From Octopus sinensis (lineage: Eukaryota), in contig NC_042999.1 of NCBI RefSeq assembly GCF_006345805.1, positions 868,001 to 932,000 of the forward strand: a DNA stretch of 64,000 nucleotides, read 5' to 3'. This document shows positions 37,783 to 49,894 of this stretch, in pieces. The position numbers were made by a program, and so were the translations under genes. The notes under the pieces are model-generated. The model was not told the origin of the DNA, made no database searches, and worked only from the letters and a program-made list of their open reading frames with translations. How positions within the stretch are numbered: the stretch's first letter is position 1; the number at the start of each line of letters is the position of its first letter.

Positions 37783-38476
37783 TCCTGATCTTAACTGACT
37801 GAAAGTGTTATCATGTACATGTTTTACCTTGGTGTAAAAGATGGGCTACAGCAAATATTCTGCTCAATACCACAGATTTGCTTGTCAGTTGTTTGACCTT
37901 AACCAGTTGAGCATGTCCCTTAATGGCTGACGATATGTGCATCTCTGACTACGAGCAGAATTAGTGGGGGAGCATCATAGCCATGTGTTGAGAGGGATTC
38001 TTTGGGTTTGAATAATTCACCTCTGGAAACATGGGTGGTTCTTTCAACAACCTTAAACAACCCTTATTCAGGGACCTTTTGAGCGGGATGGGCTACTCAA
38101 CCTGAAGAAAATTCTAACTGGGCCCCACCTGTAAGGTCATGAGCAGGAGTAGTGGGGCAGATTTCATAGCCATGTGTTGAGAGGGATTGTTTGGAGTTGG
38201 AATAATTAACCGCTGGAGACATAGTTGCTTCCTTCAACATCATTCAAAAAAAAAACCTTATTCAAGAACCTTCTGAGCAGGATAGGCTACTCAACCTGAG
38301 GAAAATTGTACTGGTCATGCACTGTTTATCTTGATATGAGATCACCATGTCGCGCACATATGGCTTTGGTGCATGTGCCTTATATACCCTTATCCGACGT
38401 GTAGATATATTGGGCATCGTATATTTGTGTACCCCAGTGTCACTTGGATAACATGTGTAACTCTCTCTCTCTCTCT
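37783..38476 (+). mobile_element. Family D with internal duplication, ending in a (TAA)n tail
   Basis: Reverse complement of 8403-8953; ~37955-38140 is repeated at 38140-38315. Confidence 0.85.
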
Positions 38477-38477
38477 C

Positions 38478-38571
<94 letters not shown>

Positions 38572-39430
38572 AAGAGGAAGAACAAGAACAAGGACAAGAA
38601 CAAGAATAGTAATAATAAAAATTAAAATAGTAATAATAATAATAGAAGAAGAGGAGGATGAGGAGGAGGAATAAAAAGGAGAAGAAGCAGGTAATGATGA
38701 TGATGATGAGGAGGAGCAGGAGGAGGAGGAGGAGAAGGATGAGGATAATGATGAATGAAATAAAATGAAATGAGTTAAACCATTGCGTGTGTTTCTTAAT
38801 GGCAATGGGAATACAGGCTCTTTAAGAAACACAGGTATTTCAATATACATTTCCACCTCAACATTCTTAGAAGACAAATACAAATTGAAGTCTTTCACAC
38901 ACACACACACACACACACATACACACATACACACACATAGATATATGTACATACATACATCCCCCCCCAGTGACACCCCACACACAGTGTACGTATGTAT
39001 GTATATATATATATATATTTATGTATTTTATATATGTATATATACATGCGAAATTAATTACACAGCGCTGAAACATTTTGTTTTGAAAGGTCAAATATGA
39101 CAAACCAAGTTTATTTGAGTATGGAATAAATTGCGTAACTATGTTTTAATATAGAAATACTGAAACTGATAAATTCCAAATTATAATATTCTTCGCAAAA
39201 CGCTTAGTTTTCCATGACCACCACTGCCGATATTTTGTAAAGTCATGCCAAACTTCAGATCAATTAAATATCTAGGCACATGCCACTAAATCATTTGTTT
39301 GTTTTCCTTAAACGTTTGGTATTTTTAATTTGAATTGTCATTCCTTATTAACGCATATTTCATTGCTTACTTTTTATAGCTGTCCCACGATGGCCAGTGT
39401 AATACAACTAACTATTTTCTCTTTTTTTTT

Positions 39431-39830
39431 TACTCTTTTACTTGTTTCAGTCATTTGACTGCGGCCATGCTGGAGCACCGCCTTTAATCGAGCAACTCGA
39501 CCCCGGGACTTATTCTTTTGTAAGCCCAGTACTTATCTATCGGTCTCTTTTGCCGAACCGCTAAGTGACGGGGACGTAAACACACCACCATCGGTTGTCA
39601 AGTAATGCCAGGGGGACAAACACAGATACACAAACACACATATATATATATATATATACATATATACGGCAGGCTTCTTTCAGTTTCCGTCTACCAAATC
39701 CACTGATAAGGCATTGGTCGGCCCGAGGCTGTAGCAGAAGACACTTGCCCAAGATGCCACGCAGTGGGACTGAACCCAGAACCATGTGGTTGGTTAGCAA
39801 GCTACTTACCACACAGCCATTCCTGCGCCT
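39431..39830 (-). mobile_element. SINE family A, full length
   Basis: Reverse complement of 17881-18362. Confidence 0.92.
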
Positions 39831-40679
39831 ATAATAGTTTCTCATTTTAATTTTGCTACTGCCATTCACTCACTCTCTATTTGTTGTTTGGCAGCCCCAC
39901 GCATTCAAACTGTCGTAATACGACTTAAACAGCAAACTATAAAAAGTAACACGTAACTTTTTATATACAGAGATCTTTCGCTATTATCATAAACACGAAA
40001 CTAAAGGGCTATATATTTTATTTCATATCACAGTTGTGAACAACAGCGTCGTGGCTTACAGGTAGCTAACCACTAGTGCATATAATGCCTATAAATTTCC
40101 GCAGAAGAAATATTTAATAAAGTTCATTTGTCATTACTGGCCTTATGTTTTATGGATATTTAGACCCTAAACCAATACATATCAGTGAAAAATAGACGTA
40201 TGCATAAAGACAAAAACACGTACACATATACATACTCCCACACGTGCACATGTACTCACATACACATCGGGCGTCGTCCGTTAACTAAATTTTAGCCACA
40301 GCTATACTGGTTAGTTCTGGGTTATAAGAATAGATACTTGCCCAAATACCTGTTTCAGCTAGCTCTGTATCATCTGAGTTCAAATTCTTCCAATGTCAGG
40401 TTTGCTTTTTTATCATGCGGAATTGATTCATATCATGGCCAGGAAATTCGTAGCTAAAATTTTGCTGCGGGAAAATTTGGTAATCGTACAGCGCAGTCCA
40501 TCCTTCGCTGAGGCAGTTTAATAAAACTGGAACATGTATGCAGTTCATGCAAACATACACACAGAACATAGATGCATTGCTCACGCAAACCTTTTCCCTA
40601 ACAACACATATCGGTCATTTATGTAACGGATGCTATTAAAATAATTCTATATGTCTATATCTATCTATCTATCTATCTA

Positions 40680-40714
<35 letters not shown>

Positions 40715-40839
40715 ATCTATCTATCTATCTATTTATCTATCTATCTATCTGTTTGTCAGCCTATCTATCTATCTATCTGTTTTCTCCCTCTGTCTCTGTT
40801 ACTCTTCGGTATGTAGAAACTCGATACGGAGCGAGCAGA

Positions 40840-41245
40840 TTGCAGGAGAAATCTTCAGAACTCCCATCAAACAAGTTTTTCGGCCCTTTCGCTCCTGACA
40901 ACCGAAGGATCCGGGCCCAGCTAAGTAGTGACTCTTGGGTGTCATCTTCCTATTATTAAATGCCACCTGTAGTGGAGATTGAATTCGGAACATTTGGGTA
41001 ACAAGGCCGCCACAAAAACTTGCAAACTTGCAAACTGGGTTTCCCTCCCGTTAGTTTTAATGCCCTTTTGCATTTCTTTTCAGTTCCATCTACCATTTTT
41101 TGTCGCACATAACCACGTTGAGCTCTTCTCAACTGTCTGTGATACATGTTTCATCATCAGTATTTTCTTGTGCCCCTTTATTCCAAGGTGACCTTGTAGT
41201 TGGCACAAGGACGCCGCGACAAATCCTCGTCTCCCGACCACCACT
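40840..41245 (-). pseudogene. RLE-type (HERO/NeSL-like) LINE C-terminus and 3'UTR
   Basis: VVVGRRGFVAASLCQLQGHLGIKG..KHVSQTVEKSSTWLCATKNGRW resembles the PVEVGxRGF...AEKSSxWLW end of RLE LINEs. Confidence 0.65.
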
Positions 41246-41271
41246 AGATTTTCTGTGTAATGGCGTACATG

Positions 41272-41309
<38 letters not shown>

Positions 41310-42157
41310 GCCGTGTGTGCGTGTGTATATCTATTCACGTTCTTCTCGGTCTTTAATAAGATAACATATGCCATTTTATCATATAATACGCTATCCAAAT
41401 TTCCCATATTATTATTTTCCTCACGGTCTATTTCAATACTCCGTGATATGCAGCAAGACTGCTGATAAGACAAATGATAATGTTTTACGCGAGTACCATT
41501 GTCAGAAACTGCAAAACTGAAGCGATATCTATTTTCTTTTATTATATTTGAAGAGACAACTACTAACGATAAATTATTCATAATAAACGTCTCTCTCAAT
41601 TTCATTATATATATATATGTAAGGCTGTGTCTGTGTGTATATTCATGCATACACACGTACTCATACGTGTATGAATCAAGCTATCTCAACGTCTATCATT
41701 TTTTTTTGTCTCTGTCAGTCAGCTGTATAGGATGATAGGACTAAAATTAACAAAGCTAGACTGTATCCTTCTTGCTCGTTAGTTCATTAACGAAGGCGGA
41801 TGCAGACGATTCGCTTAAAACAGTTTCATTGCGCCGCCGCTGAGGAAACAATGGCATCGGTTTGATTAAACTAGAATAAAGCCTGCAACTATTTGCTGAC
41901 ATTATGAATGCTACATCGTTCTTAATATATGTCTGTATACACACTCACACACACTCACATACACGCACAAGTACATACACACATGTATGTATATATATAT
42001 ATATATGTACTCATAAAAATTATGTATATGCAAACATACATGCCTTTGTGTATTTATGGCTTGTTTCAAGTGGTGTTTGTATAGGGTTTTTTTTTTATGT
42101 TAAAGAAAATGAAGTTGTCAAAATTTCGATAAAAATTAACTACGTAGCAATTTTGTG

Positions 42158-42323
42158 CCTTTCAGGGATTCATTATGAATGATTTCTTTGAGAAAATGCG
42201 TACCTTTTATTGAAAAAGAATCTAATTCGATTCCAAATTTTCCTTTCAACTTGCATACATAACAGTGTATATAAGACGTATGAATTTTTTCCATGAAATC
42301 ATTCATAATGAATCCCTGAAAGG
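42158..42323. mobile_element. 166-bp MITE-like element with perfect 29-bp inverted repeats
   Basis: CCTTTCAGGGATTCATTATGAATGATTTC (42158-42186) / GAAATCATTCATAATGAATCCCTGAAAGG (42295-42323). Confidence 0.8.
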
Positions 42324-42505
42324 GTCGAATATACTAAACAAATAATTTTTATCCATTTCCTGACTTCCTCCTTTCTCTTAAGACACACACACATGCACAC
42401 ACACACACACACACATGCACACACACACACACACACACACATGCACACACACACACACATGCACACACACACACACACACAAACACACACAAACACGCAC
42501 ATATA

Positions 42506-43655
42506 TACCAGGTCATTAAGAATGAAATGTTCGATTTCTTTATGTACCAAGTTTGACAATCGTTAACTCTAATGTTTTATCCTGACTATTTTTTGTTTTA
42601 CAACATTGTAGAGTCACATCATCCGTTTTCGGAATGCAATTCATGGTGTCTGATTATATTGTGAGTTTTCTCTTGTAAAACAATTTTTGTGAACCTATTG
42701 ATAGATAAAAATTTATTGTTGTTTATGATTATGTGTTCCGTCATGCAACCAATGCTCGAAACATCAATGAGGTGTTTGGTGAAGATGTGGCGAAGGAGCG
42801 CACTGTACGTCGATGGTTTGAGAAGTTCTGGTCTGGTGACTTTATTCTGGGAAACTCAGCCCCATGGTAGACCTGAGACCAAGGTGGATAATAATGAGAT
42901 AGAAACTGTTGTGGAAGCAATACATCTCAAACTATGCGTGAGTTAGCAGCAAGGTTTGATGTTATGATTCTAATTGTATTGGACTATCTGAAACAAATCA
43001 GCAAGGTAAAGAAGCTGGACAAATTGGTGCTACATGAACTGAACGAGCATCAAATGATATGTAATCTTGAAACTTTGATGTCACGGCTTAAAAGCAATCC
43101 ATTTTTGCATCGTTTTGTTACGTGTGATGAAAAATGGATAGGTTTCAACAATAGTAAGTGTTCTGCATGGTGGTTGAATAGAGACGAAACGCCAAAACAC
43201 AATCTAAAAAAGAACATTCACCAAAAAGCTAATGGTGTCTGTTTGCTAGTCCAGCGCTGGTGTCATCCAATACAGCTTCATCAGACCTGGTTAGTCAGTT
43301 ACAGTGGATGAAAGAATGAGTGAACTTGCAATTAAACAGCCGAGATTGGTCTACAGAGATAGGCCAATTCTCTTGCAAGACAATGCTCGACCACATGTTG
43401 CACAAATAACGATGTTCAAGTTACAGGAACTGAACTGGAACGTGCTCTGTCATCCACCATATTCACCAGAATTTGTACCAACTGACTATCACGTTTTTCA
43501 ACTTTTTGCAAGCAAAAAAAACTTAAAATCTGAGGAAGATGCAAAAGCAGCTTTTCGGGATTTCATCATTTCTTGCTCTCCAGTATTCTTCGGTGCCTGC
43601 ACAAATTAACAACTGATAAAATGGCAAAATTGTGTTGATAATTTAGGTGCATACT
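42506..43655 (+). pseudogene. Mariner (DD34D, Hsmar/SETMAR-like) transposon, frameshifted transposase
   Basis: ARNINEVFGEDV..RTVRRWFEKF, GRP, FLHRFVTCDEKWI, ILLQDNARPHVA and HPPYSPEFVPTDYHVF, spread over three frames. Confidence 0.92.
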
Positions 43656-43889
43656 TGGGTGCCACTCCAAGTTGGGTCTCAATCAGTTCCCATCTCGGTG
43701 AAATACTTCCTCATCTGCTGTGGCTATGAGTCATGTAACCGGGCAACACGAGCCGCTACCCCTGGATCGATGAAATGAATTTTAGAAATTATTTTTGTGG
43801 ACAGAATATCTTGCAGTACACTTCCGCCTTTATCTTTCTTCTATTTTGCCTCAGGTGTTGAGGCTGATTCATGTTCACTATTTTCTTTG

Positions 43890-44123
43890 TATTAGTTTCA
43901 AATTTTGGCACAAGGCCAGCAATTATGGGGAAGGGTAAGTCGATCACATCGACCCCAGTTCTTAACTGCTTCTTATTTTGACCACCTCCAAAACAAAAAA
44001 AAACGAAAAAATGAAAACACAATAAAGTTCCCCTTAGTGTAATTCGAACTCAGAACGTAAACTCGGACGAAATGCAGCTCACCATTTTGCTCAGCGGGCT
44101 AATGATTCTGCCACATCGCTGCC
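43890..44123 (-). mobile_element. SINE family C, diverged
   Basis: Reverse-complement similarity to family C. Confidence 0.65.
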
Positions 44124-44309
44124 CTCTCTAATTTCTTTATATTCTCAATTATGGCTCGCATCATGTTAGCCGTCGTTAATCGAGTTGGGTGTCTTTTTAT
44201 GCTATTTGCTGTTACTATTAGGATCGAGGTTATAGTTTCGTCGCAACTTGGAATTTCTTTGAATGTTCAACTGAGGAAGTTTGTTTGAAAGCGCCTAGCT
44301 TAGTGATTA

Positions 44310-44600
44310 GTATATTCGGTTCATGAGCGTGAGGTGGTAAGTTCGATACCCAGCGACGAGTTGTACCCTTGAGTAAAACCCTTTATTTCCCATTGCTCCA
44401 TTTAACTCAACTGAGAAACATGAGTCGTATCTGTAACTCAAAGGACCAGCCTTGTCATATTCCTTGTCACCCGGAATATCCCTGAGAACTACGTTAACGC
44501 TATGCCTGACTTTGGAGTTCTCAGCCACTTGCACGTTGATAACACTTGCAGGCTGTTCCGTTGATCGGATCAACTGGAAACTTTATCGACGCAACCGATA
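44310..44600 (+). mobile_element. SINE family B (M2+T1), diverged
   Basis: Similarity to 29424-29741. Confidence 0.7.
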
Positions 44601-44701
44601 AAGTGCAAGTTACACAAGCGAATTCTGTGATTTTAATCATAATTTTCAATTTCCGTCGTATTTTCTTTGTCTGTTTTAGATTTGTGTAATATGAACTTTG
44701 T

Positions 44702-44990
44702 GGAGGCACATGGCCTAGTGGTTAGAGCAGCGGACTCGCAGTCGAGGGATCGCGGGTTTGAATCTCAGACCGGGCGATGTGTGTGTTTATGAGCTCCACG
44801 CGGCTCCGGCAGACGGTCATGGTGAACCTCTGCTGACTCTTTCGCCACAACTTTCTCTCACTCTTTCCTCTTGCATTTTGCAGCTCACCTGCAACCGGTG
44901 TCCCGTCCAGGTTGGGAACCTATACGGCAAGGAAACCGAGAAACCGGCCCTTGTGAGCCAGGTGTGGCTCGAGACGGAAGAAACAACAAT
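44702..44990 (+). mobile_element. SINE family B variant (middle M1 + tail T2)
   Basis: Head and M1 as in 13104; tail GTCCCGTCCAGG..GAAACCGAGAAACCGGCCC..GAGCC as in 56636-56903. Confidence 0.8.
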
Positions 44991-45120
44991 ATCAGTTTTT
45001 GCTTCCAGTGTAGTTTAAGCATCCCTTCATTGTGTACATCATCAATTCATTTGTATTGCTTTATTTTCCTTTTGTTGGGTTTAGTATGTTGTACATAAAG
45101 TAGATTCCGTTGTGCTACTT

Positions 45121-45595
45121 TATTTCATTTCATAAAATGTCATATGGACAGTATAAAGATTGTGTAGCTTTGCGTGCTGGACAAACACATTAATGAATGA
45201 AAATGAATAAAATGAATAAATGAGAGACGAAACCCAACACCCGCCGATTGGATTTTTCTCGAAAACATATTTTCTTTTTTTTTTAAATCAATATGAGGTT
45301 TCAAACCTCTTACAAGAAGGAGGCACTAAAACCTTTTACTTAACATGTTTTTTTAAACACACAATTGAGGTTATAAACCACTACAAATAATACAATAAGA
45401 TGAGGTTTCAAACCCTCTAACGAGGCTTTTTCACCTCCTACTCATCGATAAATCCATCGATATATTCATCATTATCTTCAATGCCGCTTGAGTTCCTGTA
45501 TCCCGCTATTTCCCATGCTTCACTCATGTAGGACAAGTAAGTCGTGTAAGGGCCACCCGGCCATATGCGACACTCCTCCCCAAATCCTTTAAGCC
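45121..45595 (-). mobile_element. 5'-truncated retroposed insertion with 16-bp TSD
   Basis: TTCCGTTGTGCTACTT at 45105-45120 and 45596-45611. The minus strand ends in ATGAAATGAAATA. Confidence 0.7.
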
Positions 45596-46659
45596 TTCCG
45601 TTGTGCTACTTGCATTAGTCTGTGGCCAACTACACTTTTTTCTGGGTAGTCGGTTGCTGCGTTTTCCCGGTATATATTCTCTATGTATGGCCGGTTATTT
45701 TGGAGGCTTCTTTTTATATTCTTGCTATAAGTTGTATTTTAAGTTTTAGAACCTTGTTGTTTATGATCAATGTCTGTATATTCGCAAGCCTGTATTTATT
45801 TCTAATACTTTATCACATCTTGAGTTTCATTTTTCTCGATAATTCATGTGTCTTGGTCCGTCATCGTTTCGTACAATGTTGATATAATTTGAGGAATAAT
45901 AACAAAATATAATTCTTAACTGGTGCAACATTTTCTCTCACTCTTTTTATTAATGTTTGCGCTTATTGTAACTGATGGGCTTTATCATTCGTTTTTTTGC
46001 CTTTCGGGGGAATGCCGCTTCTGAACAGCATTGTACATTATTTTCGTATCAAACGTGCAATAAAGACGAAATTCATAATACCTCATGAAGCGATCGATCT
46101 GGATTGAAGTGCTGTTTGATTCTCCGTGCACATAGTTAACCTGTTATTAAATAACATAATTTAATTTTAAATCAGTTTCACTTTGATTTTATTGAGCTAA
46201 AAATTTCATTCTGGTTTCTGTACTGAAAATTCGTTCCTTTGTTTTGCTTTGAGTGAAAAGTCTTTTGATTCTTATTCTCGTGTGTACGTACGTATTGTCG
46301 TCTGCCAATAACTAAAATTATATATTCGGTCGATAAATAATCGTGCATTTGGGATTGGTTTGTTTATTTGTTTGTATTGAGAAATATACTTCGTATTGCA
46401 TTTTTAATATGTAAAACTTATTTAAGTTATGCTTGTACCGAATTCTCATTTGTTTCTCGAATGCCTTGGTAATTAGATAGAACTCATATATCTTGTGTTT
46501 AATTAATAAAATAGATAACAGTTCAGTAATCAGTGAAAAAGAACATTTTTTGACAATACTAAAAGTAAATAAAAAAAAAACTGAAAGCTTTTGTGTAAAG
46601 TGATTTCGTCAAGTTCAGCAACTTAACATAGTTTTAGGAAATTTACTAAAATGGCTTTC

Positions 46660-46967
46660 TGTCGATTACGATGGTAAGGGTTCCAGTTGACCCGATCAAC
46701 GGAACAGCCTTCTCTCGTGGAAATTAACGTGCAAGTGGCTGGGACCTCCATACACGCGCCTAACATGCACGTAGTTCTCAAGGATATTTAGCGTGACTCA
46801 GAACGCGATAAAACGACCCTTTGAATAACAGGTACAGCTCATTTTTTCTAGCTGAGTGAATTGGAGCAAGGGAAAAATAAAGTGTTTTGCTCAAGGACAA
46901 AACGCGCCTTTAGGAATCGAGCTCACGAACTTACAATCGCGAGCCGAATTCCTTAACCACTGGACCA
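46660..46967 (-). mobile_element. SINE family B (M2+T1), diverged
   Basis: Reverse-complement similarity to 29424-29741. Confidence 0.7.
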
Positions 46968-47317
46968 TCAGTTTTCCCAGAAAATTTAATGATATTCTAT
47001 TGCAAACAAAGTTCTAAGAACAAAGCACATATCCACGGAAATGCGTTTAAGAGCAGTTGCGCCTTCAAGGGCTATTATGATCACAAATTAATTTCAGTTT
47101 CCTGTTCGAGATCGCCGTTGCAAGAAGTATGAGTATTCTCGTCGTAAACTTTATATAAGTATACAGTGTATGTGTGTGTGTGTGTTGTGTGTGTGTGTGT
47201 GGTGTGTGTGTGTGTGTGTGTGTGCACGTGAATGTGCATGTATGTAGGTCCGAAAAAGAAGAGGAATTGCCGATAATATAATGGTGTAGGTATAATATAT
47301 GAAGGTATAATAATATG

Positions 47318-47735
47318 AAGGCGGGGAGCTGGCAGAATCGTTAGCACGCCGGGCGAAATGCTTTGCGTTATTTCATCCACCGCTGCGTCCTAAGTTCAAA
47401 TTCTGCCGAGATCGACTTTGCCTTTCATCCTTTCGGGGTCGATAAATTAAGTACCTGTTACGCATTGGGGTCGATATAATCGGCTTAGTCCGTTTTTCTG
47501 TCCTTGTTTGTCCTCTCTATGTTTAGCCCCTTGTGGGTAATAAAGAAATAAGTATTTCGTCTGCTGCTACGTTCTGAGTTCAAATTCCGCCGAGGTCGAC
47601 TTTGCCTTTCATCTTTTCGGAGTCGATTAAATAAGTACCAGTTACGTACTGAGGTCGATATAATCGTCTTAATCTGTTTATCTGTCCTTGTTTGTCCCCT
47701 CTATGTTTAACCCCTTATAGGCAATGAAGAAATAA
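47318..47735 (+). mobile_element. SINE family C with tandem body duplication
   Basis: Head AAGGCGGGGAGCTGGCAGAATCGTTAGCACGCCGGG; the body occurs twice. Confidence 0.88.
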
Positions 47736-49014
47736 GATGATATAATGGTGTACAGGTGAAAGAAAGGAAAGATTACAGGTAAAAGAAGGCGAAATAAAGA
47801 TAGAGCAGAGTATAACAGAGAAAGACAGAAAATGTGTGGGGGTTGCATGACTTTTGTAGAAAAGATAGGATGCAATATGTCGATGGGGAAGAGAGCAACG
47901 TCAGCGGAGGTCTTGGGTATACATGCATGAAATTAACGCAACACACAAATATAAATACGTACGCGCGCAAACATACATATCGCCATATTGATTTTATCAA
48001 CGTGGGATAATAAATACTGTAGATATTTCTTTATATGAATTTTATTGGTGGATTTGTTTGATCAAACCTTCTTGCCCTTTTCCTCCTTCATATTATAAGC
48101 TAATAAACAGCCGATTAAACCGAGTGCAAACAGTGACAAATACACGTTACTCATACACGTGTTCTTCGGGTTTTTGATTTCTCGTTGTTTATTCCTGGAC
48201 GTTTCCTTCACTTTGTATTTCTCTTTCTCCTCCTCCTCAGCTCTTTCTATCATCTCTCTTTCATCCGCCATCCTGCCGTTTCATGTCTTTTCATCTTTGA
48301 CTTTACATATATATATTTCTTCCCTTCTTTTTACGAAAGCTCTTCCTCCTCTTTCTTGTTGATTTTTCTCTGTTTGTTTGTGACTGAGTACGTCTGCCTC
48401 TCTGTCCCTCTCTATTTCTGCCTCGCATTGTTTCTTACTCATAAAGAAGCCATCAAAAATCAACCGAAGAACGAAAGAACACAAAAAAACTAATAATAAA
48501 GACTTTATTGAGTGACAAAGACATTATCGAGTGACGCACACAAACACAGACTCATACACACACAAACACATACACGTTTATCTCCTCATAACAATGAGTA
48601 TTATTATTATTTTTCGTTATTATAGAAAAGCTTTTCGTTCTGCATTGTTTGTCGCATGATGTCACATAAGGCTCGTTTAAGCACTTCGACATCTTTATCA
48701 CCATTATTTGAACAATATATTCTCTGCGTACGATAATCACTTATATGTGATAAAATGCATATCGCCTGTACTTACCATAGTCCTTATAAAAAACTTCTTC
48801 CTTCTTATTATTTTGCTTTTTGCTAATTTAAGGTCTTGGTTTTTATGGTATCTTCCAATTTGCTACCTTGTTTTTCTTCTACAGAGACCTAAAAAAAAAA
48901 CCCAAAAAAACCCGAGTGCTTTTCAACGGGGCCAGTTTGATGTCATACGTGCCGAGAATACCTCAAAGGTAGGGGCCATCTTCCCGATATTCATCTGTAG
49001 AACCGGGGAATATA

Positions 49015-49250
49015 TATTTCTTTACTACCCACAAGGGGCTTAACACAGAGGGGACAAACAAGGACAGAAGAAGGGATAAAGTCGATTATATTGACCCCAG
49101 TGCGTAACTGGTACTTATTTAGTCGACCCCGAAAGGATGAAAGGCAAAGTCGACTTCGGCGGAATTTGAACTCGGAACGTAACGACATACGAAATACGGC
49201 TACGCGTTTCGCCCAGCGTTCTAACGTTTCTGCCAGCTCGCCGCCTTATT
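49015..49250 (-). mobile_element. SINE family C, full length with TSD
   Basis: 13-bp TSD ACCGGGGAATATA at 49002-49014 and 49253-49265. Confidence 0.9.
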
Positions 49251-49411
49251 AGACCGGGGAATATAAATAGGAGAAAATGCTGCTCGCGCTTCATGGTCGA
49301 GTTAATTTTGGAATTATAAAGTCGTTTTATTAATGGGGGTGGGTTTCCTCACCCAAGTTACCGTGATTTATACACTCACACTGTACATATGATTTTATTC
49401 GATTTACGCTA

Positions 49412-49785
49412 TTTTACTCTTTTACTCTTTTACTTGTTTCAGTCATATGAGTGCGGCCGTGCTGAAGCACCGCCTTTCGTCGAGCAAATTGACCCCAGGA
49501 CTTATTCTTTGTATTCTATCGGTCCCTTTTGCAGAACCGCTAAGGTACGAGACGTAAGCACACCAGCATCGGTTGTCAAGCGATGTTGGTGGGACAAACA
49601 CAGACACACATTCATATATAAACATACATATATACGACAAGCTTCTTTCAGTTTCCGTCTACCAAATTTACTCACAAGGCTTTGGTCGGCCCAAGGCTAT
49701 AGTAGAAGACACTTGCCCAAGGTACCACGCAGTGTGATTGAACCCGGAACCATGTGGTTGGTAAGCAAGCTACTTACCACACAGC
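49412..49785 (-). mobile_element. SINE family A
   Basis: Reverse-complement similarity to 677-1087. Confidence 0.88.
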
Positions 49786-49894
49786 GTCCTCCTAGTGTGG
49801 CTACCTTCATAATAATAACAGATTCATTTTCTTTTTTTTTTCATTTGTTTGGCTGATGTAGATTTTTCACTATTTTGGCTTTCTTTGTTTTTGC

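Noticed and set aside
41140-41166. CUGAUGA..GAAAC on the minus strand
   Set aside because: There is no room for stem II and it lies inside LINE coding sequence; a chance match.
41756-41944. Short non-repetitive ORF with a possible acceptor (TTGCAG) on the minus strand
   Set aside because: No recognisable domain, weak polypyrimidine tract, and no partner exons.
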